Part shown: piece by piece, positions 51,445 through 61,497 of the stretch
Layout: each line of letters begins with the position of its first letter
How positions within the stretch are numbered: the stretch's first letter is position 1
Source: a virus
Taxonomy: Duplodnaviria; Caudoviricetes
IMG/VR virus record: IMGVR_UViG_3300012344_000018
Location: 32,238 to 96,237 of that record
Direction: 5' to 3' (one strand)
Length of the DNA: 64,000 nt
The notes under the pieces: model-generated
The model's database searches: none
The model's input: the letters and a program-made list of their open reading frames with translations, nothing else
Told to the model about the DNA's origin: nothing
Made by a program: the position numbers and the translations under genes

Positions 51445-51497
51445 AATTAAAACATTTAAATGATTAATATAATAATACTAACTTTTGTTAGTTGGTG

Positions 51498-51505
51498 CAA
51501 AACTA
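51498..51505 (-). promoter_or_regulatory. -7 element (TAGTTTTG) upstream of the scaffold/capsid genes
   Basis: TAnnTTTG followed by CA, about 54 nt before the ATG. Confidence 0.5.
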
Positions 51506-51849
51506 ACACCTTTACGATTATTATTTGTAGTAGCATGACTTATTTAATATTAATTAGCATGACAATTATCTACTATATAATGTACACACGTAAGTATTAC
51601 TGATTGGTCAGTAACTTCTTGACTACCAGCACCATAATAAACTTCATCATCATTTCCATCATAAGCATTATTATGTCTGATTCAACTTGATTCAATAGAA
51701 TTAATCTTGATTACAAACATTGTCATAGATAGTAAATATTGAAACAATATTAGACTTTCACATATTCATACTATTAACTATACATAATTCAAATTTGATG
51801 CTCATAGAAATGATTTTAAAATATTAAATATAATTCTTTGAGATAAAAG

Positions 51850-51875
51850 AAAAGGCTCATCTATAAGACGAGCCT
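51850..51875 (-). terminator. Intrinsic terminator after the portal gene
   Basis: AGGCTCGTCT/AGATGAGCCT stem followed by TTTCTTTT. Confidence 0.7.
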
Positions 51876-51883
51876 CAACTTTA

Positions 51884-54307
51884 TTATTTATCGTATCTAT
51901 TCTTATTTGTACGAGCAATCTTTAAATCGTTCTTCATTTGTTCTCGTTTAACTTGTCTATCAGCAGCAGCATTATAACTATCAACAGCAAGTTTTTCTCT
52001 TTCTAATTGAACTTTTGATTGTTCAATAGCACGTTTAGTTTCTTCTTGCATACGAGTAAGATTTGCTGTTGCAAATTCATCATTATCTGGATTCTTATCT
52101 CCAAGTAAAGCAATATCACCTTTAGCATATTCAAGTTGTAAATCATATTGTGCTTTAAGGGCAAGCGTTTGTCTATCTTGTTCTCCTTTAGCTTGAATTT
52201 CAGCTAACTTCATTTGTTGAGCTTGAGCTTGAATTTGTTGGTCAACTTGCTTCATTTGTTCTTCATGCTGACGTTTTATCTCTGAAAACTTTCTGATACT
52301 ATCGGATATAAGTGCAACATTATCTCCAGTAATAGCAGCAAGAGCAGATTCAAGGTCTCCATTTTGTGCAGCACTAAAAGCCCATTGTTTAAGTTGTTTA
52401 ACTTTATCTATTTCTTTAGCATTATTACGAACTGTAACAGAATAATCCGAATTAATAAAACTATTAACATCAAGACTTAGATATTTACGAGTACCTGCAT
52501 TATGGTCATAATATGAAGTATCAAGTCCATCAACAAACGCTAACTTAGCATAATCTATATCTCTATTATAATCTTTACGCCTATATTCGTCAAACATTTG
52601 AAATATAATAATAGAACCAGTAGAAGATTGACTAATAGCATTTTCAGTAGTAGAAGCTCCAGCAGATTGAGCAATCTGTCCATAACGTTGAGCATTCATA
52701 TCTACAAGTTCACGAGCTTCAAGTTTTATCGCTTCTTTAAGATTAGTAAGTTCTGTAATATATTGACCCATATTAGCATTAAGCATACGAACTTGTTGCA
52801 TCTTAACTCCAGCAGCATCATCTTCATCGTCAACGAGTAAAGTTCCATCAGAAGCCATTTTATAAATAACATCTTCAGCATTATTTACAATCAATGACTT
52901 TGGCAACATAAGTATCAGCATCTTGTTCTTTGCTATTACCATTTCCTGATGATAAGCAACTATATTCCTAAATACTTGAAAAGGAGTAATAATACTTATA
53001 ATACTAAACTGACCCATATAAGGAATAACTTCCATAATACCATTATAAGGAAGTTTACCATCACGTTGATAAGCTATAGGTCTAGCTTTAATTGGATATA
53101 TACCAGTATAACGAGTACCAATACGATAACCTTCATAAACTTGTTGTTCCCATTCCCAACTAATATCTATATCTCCAGCTTCAGGATTAAGAACATAAGT
53201 TTCGTCAACTATTCTTTGGTCTTCCATACCAAGTTGATTAGTAAATCTAAGAATACCTCTCTTAGCAAAACCTTTCCAAACTACGTGCCAAACTTCATAA
53301 AGATTACCATTGTTTTCATAAGGACAAAGATTATTACTCTTAAAGAAATTTCGTTCTTCATTACTAAACTTATCACAAACTCCAGCATAAGCTTCATAGA
53401 ATTGTTTATAATTAAGAACTCTATTAGGAGATTTATCCATATAATTTGAATAGTAACTTTCAAGATAATTTTTATCATTATCCGACAAATCAGCATCAAA
53501 CATATCCATTATTTGATTATAAGACATCATAAGTTTACGAGCAAACATATCATGGTCTTCAACAAACATATTATTATTAGGGATAGGATATGCTTCTATA
53601 ACTGGAACACTTTCTTTATATATCTTATGATTACGAACTTCAGCATAACTATAACATTCACCAATAGAACAATAGTTAAAGAAATTAGTAAGATAAATAA
53701 CTAAATCATTAGTCATATCTCTAACATAATCAAGAAGTTCTTGTCCTTGTTTACTTTCTTTATCTATATAGTCTTTATTAAATTTATCAATAAACTCTTC
53801 AGCATCAGGCATAGCATCTTGAGGATTTACACTATCAGGAGCTTGTCCATTAGCTTGAGCTTCTTGAACCATTTGTTGATACTTCTTTTGAAACTCTTGT
53901 TGAAAAGCTTGTTGAGCAGCTTCAGCTATTTTTTGTTTAAGAGCTACATCACGATTTAAAACTATATCTGGATTATTAGCACCAACTATAAATTCATGAG
54001 CACCTTTAAAATATTCACCAATATAACGTCTAACAATATCTGACATTATATCATAATTACGAAGAGTAGCAGGAAAGTGTTTATACTTTTCTTTAGAAGC
54101 ATTATATGGATTAAGAGTCTTTTTATAAAACTCATAAGGAATATTACCATGTAGAACTTTAAGTTTAAGTTCTACATCGCTTCTATCATTCATACTCTCA
54201 CCAAGACTAATAATATAATCTATACTATTAGCATACCAACTAGGTTTAGCTTTTTCTTCAGCTCCAACCTTTTGTTTAGGGAATTGATAATCTCTAGGAA
54301 CAATCAT
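51884..54307 (-). CDS. Portal protein (807 aa)
   Basis: Follows the terminase; size and long Gln-rich C-terminal coiled coil typical of crAss portals. Confidence 0.85.
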   Translation of the reverse strand: MIVPRDYQFPKQKVGAEEKAKPSWYANSIDYIISLGESMNDRSDVELKLKVLHGNIPYEFYKKTLNPYNASKEKYKHFPATLRNYDIMSDIVRRYIGEYFKGAHEFIVGANNPDIVLNRDVALKQKIAEAAQQAFQQEFQKKYQQMVQEAQANGQAPDSVNPQDAMPDAEEFIDKFNKDYIDKESKQGQELLDYVRDMTNDLVIYLTNFFNYCSIGECYSYAEVRNHKIYKESVPVIEAYPIPNNNMFVEDHDMFARKLMMSYNQIMDMFDADLSDNDKNYLESYYSNYMDKSPNRVLNYKQFYEAYAGVCDKFSNEERNFFKSNNLCPYENNGNLYEVWHVVWKGFAKRGILRFTNQLGMEDQRIVDETYVLNPEAGDIDISWEWEQQVYEGYRIGTRYTGIYPIKARPIAYQRDGKLPYNGIMEVIPYMGQFSIISIITPFQVFRNIVAYHQEMVIAKNKMLILMLPKSLIVNNAEDVIYKMASDGTLLVDDEDDAAGVKMQQVRMLNANMGQYITELTNLKEAIKLEARELVDMNAQRYGQIAQSAGASTTENAISQSSTGSIIIFQMFDEYRRKDYNRDIDYAKLAFVDGLDTSYYDHNAGTRKYLSLDVNSFINSDYSVTVRNNAKEIDKVKQLKQWAFSAAQNGDLESALAAITGDNVALISDSIRKFSEIKRQHEEQMKQVDQQIQAQAQQMKLAEIQAKGEQDRQTLALKAQYDLQLEYAKGDIALLGDKNPDNDEFATANLTRMQEETKRAIEQSKVQLEREKLAVDSYNAAADRQVKREQMKNDLKIARTNKNRYDK

Positions 54308-54319
54308 ATAATTTAAATT

Positions 54320-56605
54320 TTAATCAGTAAACCAATCTCTTGTTAATATATCATCTTTATAATTATTAAGAGTAACTTTCTTTCTATGAGCAAGTTCTTT
54401 AGCTGCTTGAACATCACTAAGTCTCCATTGAAGAGCACGTATAATCATTTGCGAAACTCTATCGTAATTACCTTTACTATTCCATTTCTTAAGTTCAAGA
54501 ATAGTTTGATAATCATATATTGTTTGAAATACATATATAGGTTGACCAAATTCATTCTTACCAACTTCAGAATAAAGCATTTCTTTAAGCAAACGAAGAC
54601 CTTCAAGAACTTTAGTTCCAACTCCAGCTTGACCTGCTCCACCACCCATATTAACACCATAAGTAGCAGAAGCCTTAGCTTTAACTGAATTATCCCATAA
54701 TTCTACTGGGTCTTTCATCAAGTACTTTAATGCTTTCCATTTAGTAAAGTTTCTAACAGTCTCACCTCTATTTACTTCAACTCCTGTAGTTCCAATACAA
54801 TTATAATAACGAGCCATTAAATAACATATCCAATCAGCATCTTCAAGTTTATCAGGACGACCATAATAAGCACAAACAAGTCTAGTTTTAAATCCATTAT
54901 ATTGAGTAGGATTTTCCCAAACAGCAATACTATTATGAGAATGTTTATTGGTAATAGCATCTTTTTCTTTATCTACACCAACTGGGTCATAACTAATAGA
55001 ATATTGACCTTGAGGAATACCTACTCCAGGAACTTTAATAGGATTAAACCATTTACGAATACAACCATGAGGATGTTCATGTGATTTACGTGGAACTCCT
55101 TCAATCCATTCAAAGTAATCAATATTAAGTTTACCACCTTCTTTACGAGTACGTTCATTACTTTTAAATACAACTTTGTTTTCTTCTTCAACAAACTTAC
55201 CATCTACATAGAATTGATAACTATTATCATTCTTTAATGTCTCTTCCCAAGCAAGTAGTTTCTCAGAAGTAAATATATTCTCAGTAGTAGAACTAAACGA
55301 TTCACTAGGCATATTTGCATATTGACCTAGATAATTAATATAGTCAGCAAAAGACTTACTACTTTCTTTTTTAAGCTTACGTTCTCTATATGCAATAGTA
55401 AGACCAATATCTATATTAGAATTACCATCTTTATCCATCGCATACATATCTCCAATCTGACCTTGAAGTCCCCAACAATAAGGCTTAAAATATCCACATA
55501 CTTCATTACGTGAATCTTTATCCCAAACATTCTCAAAAGACATAAAATGAAACTTCTTAGGATTATAAAAGTTTCTCTCAAATACTTGCATATTACCACT
55601 AGTAGCAGTACCCCAAGCAAATAGATTACCAGTTACATAACTACCAGTACGCATAGCAGGTTCGGTAACATTCATATAATCGTCAAAGTTTTCCATTGTA
55701 GAAACCTCCTCAGTCTTAACACTAACAGCATCTTTACCAATAGCACAATCTGGATTATTATTAGCAGAAGCACTAAACAAAGCACTATTCCAAGACTTAG
55801 GACTTATGTCACCATTTGGAAGTTTAAAACCAAGACTAAAGTTTTCAGCAGCTCTACTTAAAATACCTCTTTTAAATATAGTGTTATTTTCATAGAAATA
55901 TAAATTGTTAATAGTAAAGTCAGTAAGACCACCAGTCTTAGTAAGATATTTACTATCAGCCGCAACATGAATAACCATTTTGTTAGGTTGAAGGTTTATC
56001 TTATTTGCACTATGAGCAGCCATAATATAAGAAAAACCACCACGACGAGTTTTATCTATAAGAAGATGAAAACCGTTAAGTTCACAAAACTCAATAATAG
56101 CAAAAGTCCAAAACTGAGCATCAATAAATTTAGGAAAATCTTGTTTCTTCTTAGCAACAGAACCTTTCTCTGTATGAATAACAGTTTTTTCATCAAGCTG
56201 TTTTATTATAATATAATTGAGATAATTATACATATCTCCACTTATATGTAGTTGACGAACTTCACCATTTCTCATAAAACAAGGAGCTTCATAACCATGA
56301 CTTCTTCTATATTCTTCACGCTTACGAAGTTGTCTATGTGGAATAGAATCTTCTTTATAAAATGTATATTTACCGTTAGCTCTATAAAAGTCAGCCATTT
56401 CATGTAAAAGATAAGTATTAACAAATTTATCTCCTTCACGAATATCAAGAAGAAAACCACCACTATCACCAATCATAAACAAGTCATTAGGGTCATTATA
56501 GCCTTCATCTTTAGCTCGTCTATATTGTGTTTTATCTTCAAGTATATATTGACGAAAAGGATAATCATCAATATATTTAGAAATATAAATATTATCTTCT
56601 TCCAT
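54320..56605 (-). CDS. terL: Terminase large subunit (761 aa)
   Basis: Walker A-like IDKTRRGGFSY, VKTEE Walker B, GTA motif and nuclease-domain YSISYDP...VEVNRG...NYDRVS. Confidence 0.9.
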   Translation of the reverse strand: MEEDNIYISKYIDDYPFRQYILEDKTQYRRAKDEGYNDPNDLFMIGDSGGFLLDIREGDKFVNTYLLHEMADFYRANGKYTFYKEDSIPHRQLRKREEYRRSHGYEAPCFMRNGEVRQLHISGDMYNYLNYIIIKQLDEKTVIHTEKGSVAKKKQDFPKFIDAQFWTFAIIEFCELNGFHLLIDKTRRGGFSYIMAAHSANKINLQPNKMVIHVAADSKYLTKTGGLTDFTINNLYFYENNTIFKRGILSRAAENFSLGFKLPNGDISPKSWNSALFSASANNNPDCAIGKDAVSVKTEEVSTMENFDDYMNVTEPAMRTGSYVTGNLFAWGTATSGNMQVFERNFYNPKKFHFMSFENVWDKDSRNEVCGYFKPYCWGLQGQIGDMYAMDKDGNSNIDIGLTIAYRERKLKKESSKSFADYINYLGQYANMPSESFSSTTENIFTSEKLLAWEETLKNDNSYQFYVDGKFVEEENKVVFKSNERTRKEGGKLNIDYFEWIEGVPRKSHEHPHGCIRKWFNPIKVPGVGIPQGQYSISYDPVGVDKEKDAITNKHSHNSIAVWENPTQYNGFKTRLVCAYYGRPDKLEDADWICYLMARYYNCIGTTGVEVNRGETVRNFTKWKALKYLMKDPVELWDNSVKAKASATYGVNMGGGAGQAGVGTKVLEGLRLLKEMLYSEVGKNEFGQPIYVFQTIYDYQTILELKKWNSKGNYDRVSQMIIRALQWRLSDVQAAKELAHRKKVTLNNYKDDILTRDWFTD

Positions 56606-56611
56606 AATAAC

Positions 56612-56968
56612 TTACTTAATAATAGAAATGATAAGGAGTAGAATACTGCCAATAGCAGCACCTACTCCAATATTACGTTGTCTCTTTATTTTCTTGCATG
56701 ACCTATCCAATAATAAATATCTTTGTCTAGCTTGTTCTGCAAGTACACTATCATTTCTAACAATTTGTCGAAGACTATTATTAATATCTCTTTCATAATC
56801 TAATTGAATTAGTTTAGCATTAGCTTTACGTAAGTCATTAATAGCAACTTTAACTGAATCACTATCTAACCCCCCCGTAGGAAGACTGCTAGATTTACTT
56901 GATGAGTTGATAGAACAACTTAACAGTACTATCATTATCAAGAACTTCAACTTCGATAACTTTTGCAT
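56612..56968 (-). CDS. Spanin-like membrane/lipoprotein (118 aa)
   Basis: Signal peptide with LLSC, coiled coil and C-terminal transmembrane segment; overlaps the upstream TM gene in the lysis cluster. Confidence 0.45.
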   Translation of the reverse strand: MQKLSKLKFLIMIVLLSCSINSSSKSSSLPTGGLDSDSVKVAINDLRKANAKLIQLDYERDINNSLRQIVRNDSVLAEQARQRYLLLDRSCKKIKRQRNIGVGAAIGSILLLIISIIK

Positions 56969-57161
56969 TTTTAATACTATCTAATTGTTTAACTTTATAT
57001 TTAATACTATCATTAGTTTGTTCTATATTATCAACTTCTTGTTTAGGAACTTCTTTATTAGTACATTGTTTAATTGTAGCATAAATTGTAACTCCAATAC
57101 AAAAAATAACAAATAGAAGAACAACATGACCTTTAATAAAATCTTTAGTATTTATATCCAT
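56895..57161 (-). CDS. Membrane-anchored lysis accessory protein (i-spanin-like, 88 aa)
   Basis: N-terminal transmembrane segment and short coiled coil. Confidence 0.45.
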   Translation of the reverse strand: MDINTKDFIKGHVVLLFVIFCIGVTIYATIKQCTNKEVPKQEVDNIEQTNDSIKYKVKQLDSIKNAKVIEVEVLDNDSTVKLFYQLIK

Positions 57162-57165
57162 ATCA

Positions 57166-57441
57166 TTAATTCAATAATTTACTAGAAAACAATTTATAAC
57201 TATGTATATCTTTAATAATCTGAACATTGATATTATCTTGAATTTCTTCAGGACAAATTAAACAACCACCGTCAAACATTATTTTATTATATGTCTTTAA
57301 AGGGATAGTAGCAAGACCTTTATTTGGAACATATATAGTTTTAGTTGGTGGAGAAGCAAATATTTCATTTATAATACTTTCAAATTTTTCTAAAGTTAAA
57401 ACAGTATCATAAATAGGAATTTCATTATATGATTTGTTCAT
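57166..57441 (-). CDS. Hypothetical protein (91 aa)
   Basis: Coupled to the endolysin gene by a TAATG overlap. Confidence 0.55.
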   Translation of the reverse strand: MNKSYNEIPIYDTVLTLEKFESIINEIFASPPTKTIYVPNKGLATIPLKTYNKIMFDGGCLICPEEIQDNINVQIIKDIHSYKLFSSKLLN

Positions 57442-58046
57442 TATAAATCCTCCTCATTAAGTAATGTATAAGTAAATCTAGCACCATAACCTTGACTAAA
57501 TTGATAATGAGCTAGTTTCATAAGCTTATTAAAGTTCTTAGTATTTTGAAGAACTTGACAACCAGCAGACCAACCATTAACTAATGTAGAATTAGTTCCA
57601 GCTTTATGAATATTAATACCAAAAGTACCTTCTTCAATAGTCTTAGGGTCTAAATCATAAACAACATCTTTATTATGGTCTCTATAAACTTTTACAGGTT
57701 TAGCTTGAACTAAAGCTTCATATTTACCTTGATGATAACCAATCATCCAAGTAGCTCTATATTGACCAGGAACTAGAATTGCACAACCTTTAGAAGATAT
57801 AGGTTTAAGCATAGTACTAAGTCCAGGGTCAGTAGTAGCTGGAAATATATCTCTAGTTTTAACACCATAAATATCTTTATATTCGACTACAATAAAATCA
57901 TCAAATTGATTTGTAACTTTATTACCAGCTTTACGAACACCAATAATATTAAGATTATATTTTCCATTGTCAAAATAAGCATATCCTTTCTTAGCAAATA
58001 TCTTACTAAAATCAGCAGCTTCTATTTTATCTCTAAGTTTATTCAT
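57441..58046 (-). CDS. Putative endolysin (L,D-transpeptidase-like Cys peptidase, 201 aa)
   Basis: LNIIGVR..NQFDD, TTDPG and GINIH...WSAGCQV (H...SxGC catalytic pattern); next to spanin-like genes. Confidence 0.7.
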   Translation of the reverse strand: MNKLRDKIEAADFSKIFAKKGYAYFDNGKYNLNIIGVRKAGNKVTNQFDDFIVVEYKDIYGVKTRDIFPATTDPGLSTMLKPISSKGCAILVPGQYRATWMIGYHQGKYEALVQAKPVKVYRDHNKDVVYDLDPKTIEEGTFGINIHKAGTNSTLVNGWSAGCQVLQNTKNFNKLMKLAHYQFSQGYGARFTYTLLNEEDL

Positions 58047-58047
58047 A

Positions 58048-59040
58048 TCAATCGAAATTTATTTCAGTTTGTTTATTAAGAAGTCCTTTACTATTAAGAT
58101 AAATACGTCTATCTTGAAACATATCATCAATCATATTTCTAATATAATTTATACGATACCAATTAACTGTTTCTTCTCCATTTTTATCTATTTCATAAAG
58201 TCCTTTTTCGTCACGATAAGGCATTCCATATTGATTAAGTTTAAAAGGTGTACCTATATGACAAAGTCCACAACCAACACAAGGAATACCTAAAATAAGT
58301 TCAACCATTCTAGCATAAGTAGAAAGCTGAATAGTATAATGACTTCCATTACACTCAGGAAGAGTATTAAAAGGAGGAAGCATCTTTTCATCTTTTTCAA
58401 CCCATTGATTTGTAAGTTGAACAGGTTTACAAGTCTTATCTTTCTTATAATATCCACTAGTAAAATGAAGACCGTCTTTATTTGTTTTCCAATCTAGAAT
58501 TACAAATTGTTCTGGTCTTATAGCAAGAACATCAATAGTACCACTAATAAGAAGTTCAGGAAGAAATACTCCTATTTCTGAATATATAGTATAACCTTCA
58601 GAAACATAATAATCAAAAACCTCATATATCTTTTGGTATTTATTATTAGTAGCTTTCTTAAATCCTTCTATATCTAGAGGATGAGCTGTAAGATTAGGAA
58701 TATCAGCAACAGTTATACATCTTCCACTTTCAACTTTATTTAAATATTGAATAGCATCTTTAAACATACTATTACCTTTAATTCCATCTTCAAGACCATT
58801 ATGAGTAGCACTTCCTCTAGTACAAGCTTCATTAGTAATATTTTCCCAACGTCTTTCAAGTTCTTTCTCAGTTATTCCAAGTTCTTGAGCTTTCTTATGA
58901 AGCCAATACTTCTTGTCAAACTTAGGAGCATAATTACCAATTATAGTAGTAACAGATGTATATTCATTTCCATAAGTATCATTATATTTATGACCTTCTT
59001 CTTGGAAATAAAGATAATTATCTTTATAAATACTATTCAT
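58048..59040 (-). CDS. PD-(D/E)XK (Cas4/RecB-like) nuclease (330 aa)
   Basis: SVTT, RGSATH, YSE...GTIDVL...ILDWKT and QLSTY motifs. Confidence 0.85.
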   Translation of the reverse strand: MNSIYKDNYLYFQEEGHKYNDTYGNEYTSVTTIIGNYAPKFDKKYWLHKKAQELGITEKELERRWENITNEACTRGSATHNGLEDGIKGNSMFKDAIQYLNKVESGRCITVADIPNLTAHPLDIEGFKKATNNKYQKIYEVFDYYVSEGYTIYSEIGVFLPELLISGTIDVLAIRPEQFVILDWKTNKDGLHFTSGYYKKDKTCKPVQLTNQWVEKDEKMLPPFNTLPECNGSHYTIQLSTYARMVELILGIPCVGCGLCHIGTPFKLNQYGMPYRDEKGLYEIDKNGEETVNWYRINYIRNMIDDMFQDRRIYLNSKGLLNKQTEINFD

Positions 59041-59057
59041 ATCTTTTAAGTTTAAGT

Positions 59058-59675
59058 TTAATAAGCACTAGCATCCATACTAGATGAAACTGCACCACCA
59101 CCTCTAGCTATTTCAGTTTCTTTTTCATAAAGAAGATTTTGTTTAGCTTCTTCAAGTTTCTTCATAATAGTAGGAATTTCACCAGCTTTCTTATTAACTG
59201 AATCAACAATATTAAGTATTTCTCCCATACTTTCTACATTTATTTCAGCACGTCTAGAAAGCTTTTGATTAAGAATATCATTCATAACTTCAATAGCAAT
59301 ATTAATATTATGAAGTCCTTTATTTATATTCTCAACAACTCTACCAGCTTCAGTTATACATTGACTATAATATTTCTTTATCAATTTAAGAACCAACATA
59401 TCAGGAACATAATTAGAAGAAAGTCCTGCTTGTTCTATAGCCATTTTAAGAGCTTCACTATCACTAAGACCAGCTTGTTTAGCTGGAGATTTAGGGTCGC
59501 CTAAATAATAAATAATGATACATTCTTTTATATATTGAGACTTATCTTTAGTTTTATCTCTTTCATAAAGCTTTCTAACATCAGAATCAAGAAGTTGTCT
59601 AACATTAGGCGCAGCAGGCATACCATTCTCATCTATAGTTATAAGCTTATCTATAATTAGCTTGTCGTTCACCAT
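59058..59675 (-). CDS. Conserved hypothetical protein (possible terminase small subunit), 205 aa
   Basis: Likely start MVNDKL at 59675; helical, C-terminal ARGG; close to terL. Confidence 0.5.
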   Translation of the reverse strand: MVNDKLIIDKLITIDENGMPAAPNVRQLLDSDVRKLYERDKTKDKSQYIKECIIIYYLGDPKSPAKQAGLSDSEALKMAIEQAGLSSNYVPDMLVLKLIKKYYSQCITEAGRVVENINKGLHNINIAIEVMNDILNQKLSRRAEINVESMGEILNIVDSVNKKAGEIPTIMKKLEEAKQNLLYEKETEIARGGGAVSSSMDASAY

Positions 59676-60189
59676 AACAATTATATCTAATATTATTATC
59701 AGTATTGTCACCAACAACTTCCATATTAGCAAAACTAAACATAAGAACTTTAGCAAAAGTTTCACCATTGGAATCAACTAGACTATTATATAGCTTTCTA
59801 TTGAGATTAGCATATATACTAACCATATAATTAAAATATCTAGCTTCTTTAGCTTTCTTTTTATTAGCTATAACTAATTGCTTTCTAAATAAAATAAATT
59901 TTTCTTCAGAAAGATTTTCTTTAGCATCATCTAAAAGCTCTTTATTGTCTCTAATAGCTTTACCACCTTCATTTATTCTAAGATTTCCTATATAAGGAAG
60001 ACCAGTCCATTTACCTTCATTGACATATTGACAAGCGTCAATTTCAATTTGATTAATAAGGTCTAGAGCAATATCCTTATCTATAATGTTTTCATCTATA
60101 CAATCAAGAACTTCTTGTTTACGTACAATCTTAACATCATATCCACCATTAGGAAATTTTCTAGTTTCAACACCATCTTCATTAATCAT
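59647..60189 (-). CDS. Hypothetical protein (180 aa)
   Basis: Protein-like ORF in the operon. Confidence 0.65.
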   Translation of the reverse strand: MINEDGVETRKFPNGGYDVKIVRKQEVLDCIDENIIDKDIALDLINQIEIDACQYVNEGKWTGLPYIGNLRINEGGKAIRDNKELLDDAKENLSEEKFILFRKQLVIANKKKAKEARYFNYMVSIYANLNRKLYNSLVDSNGETFAKVLMFSFANMEVVGDNTDNNIRYNCYGERQANYR

Positions 60190-60292
60190 AATATAAGTTT
60201 TATAATGATTACCGTTTGGAGCTTCGGCTGCATAAGCAGCCTCATCTCCTCACTGATTAGTATTAGAACCCCCCCGTAGAAAGGTTGAAGTA

Positions 60293-60823
60293 TTAATCTT
60301 CTTTAGTCTTATCTTCTACAAAGTAACAATCAACTATAGGTTTAGCATTATCATTAATTGCAGCATGAATAGCATTATTAGGAATAATCTTAAACTCAAC
60401 AAAATATGTAGGTTGTTTTATATGAATACATTGAGAAGAAACTTTAGGGTCACTAACAGCAAGTCTAGTAATAAAACCAGGACTAAGACTATTATATTTA
60501 GCAGTTACATGATAACCTAAAGCCAAATCACTACCAGCAACATTCAACACATCACCAACTTTAATTTCATTAATAAAGTCATTATCTTTACCGTGCTTAA
60601 TCATAATAGCAACACCATTAACAGTAGAGTTTTTATTTTGCTTAATATTATTTATTAAAAGCATAGGAGATTCTTTAATAAGAATAGCAACTAGACTATA
60701 ATAAGGAGCTAGATTTACATTAGACACTAAAGACTGAAGATAATTAACATCAATCTCACTACGCATAGTTGGAAGATTATAAGTATAATCTTTACCATCA
60801 AAATTTACTTTTAAATGTTCCAT
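60293..60823 (-). CDS. Hypothetical protein (176 aa), first gene of the minus-strand operon
   Basis: Likely start MEHLKV at 60823. Confidence 0.65.
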   Translation of the reverse strand: MEHLKVNFDGKDYTYNLPTMRSEIDVNYLQSLVSNVNLAPYYSLVAILIKESPMLLINNIKQNKNSTVNGVAIMIKHGKDNDFINEIKVGDVLNVAGSDLALGYHVTAKYNSLSPGFITRLAVSDPKVSSQCIHIKQPTYFVEFKIIPNNAIHAAINDNAKPIVDCYFVEDKTKED

Positions 60824-60939
60824 AAAATCAATATTTAAATTAATAACTAGATTAATAACATTATCTTTAAAAGTTATGTAATATTTCAAAAACAGTTCTG
60901 CTCGAACTAATGATAATAGTGAAGCTGAACTTGATGCTG

Positions 60940-60947
60940 CAAATATA
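60940..60947 (-). promoter_or_regulatory. -7 element (TATATTTG) for the minus-strand operon
   Basis: TAnnTTTG followed by CAG; divergent from an identical TATATTTGCAG at 61042. Confidence 0.55.
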
Positions 60948-61041
60948 GATAATAATACTGATACTACAATAGATTATAGTGGTAAAATTTAGTCGATTAT
61001 GTTAAAAAATGTAAATCCCTTGTAGCTTATATAATATAATG

Positions 61042-61049
61042 TATATTTG
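61042..61049 (+). promoter_or_regulatory. -7 element (TATATTTG) driving the candidate ncRNA
   Basis: TAnnTTTG placed so that the expected start falls at or near G61055. Confidence 0.55.
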
Positions 61050-61054
61050 CAGAC

Positions 61055-61457
61055 GGTACGGTCAGGAGTATTAGACGTAATCATAACGATGATTATAATC
61101 GTGCTAATAGTAATGAAGGAGTAAGAAATACTGAAACTTCCTCTGAAGCTGATTGTAAAGCTCTTGCTACTTAGATGAGTGTTCGATTTCACGATGGTGG
61201 TAGTAATCTTAATTACAAACCTGACACTGCATTAGTTCTTCCCAATTAACTAACAAGTTGTGTGGATAGTTCTTGCTAATGTGGACAGCGACCGAAGATG
61301 CTTCTCGTAAAGATAAAACATTAAAGATTTATCAGAGAGTATCAAATCTATTATAAAGTTGTACAACCGATACTTCTTGATAATAGTCAAAAGACTTATT
61401 ATGTCTTATAAAGAACTAATAATAAAATAGGATATGAAGCGTCATATTGACCGTACC
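61055..61457 (+). ncRNA. Candidate ~400-nt structured non-coding RNA of unknown family
   Basis: 10-bp perfect closing stem GGTACGGTCA/TGACCGTACC, internal hairpins, upstream promoter element, downstream terminator and no long ORF. Confidence 0.55.
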
Positions 61458-61461
61458 AAAT

Positions 61462-61497
61462 AAAGGCTGCTAGAGTTAATTCTCTAGTAGCCTTTTT
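61462..61497 (+). terminator. Intrinsic terminator after the candidate ncRNA
   Basis: AAAGGCTGCTAGAG/CTCTAGTAGCCTTT stem followed by TT. Confidence 0.8.

Noticed and set aside
54320-56605. Intron or intein in the terminase, portal or capsid genes
   Set aside because: ORFs are continuous and of normal size, with no intein or homing-endonuclease motifs seen
5870-56876. G7/C7 runs as simple phase-variation tracts
   Set aside because: All intragenic runs are in frame, almost all are exactly 7 nt, and they share the CTAC flank. Variants break the run but keep the length, which fits a recognition site better than slippage loci.
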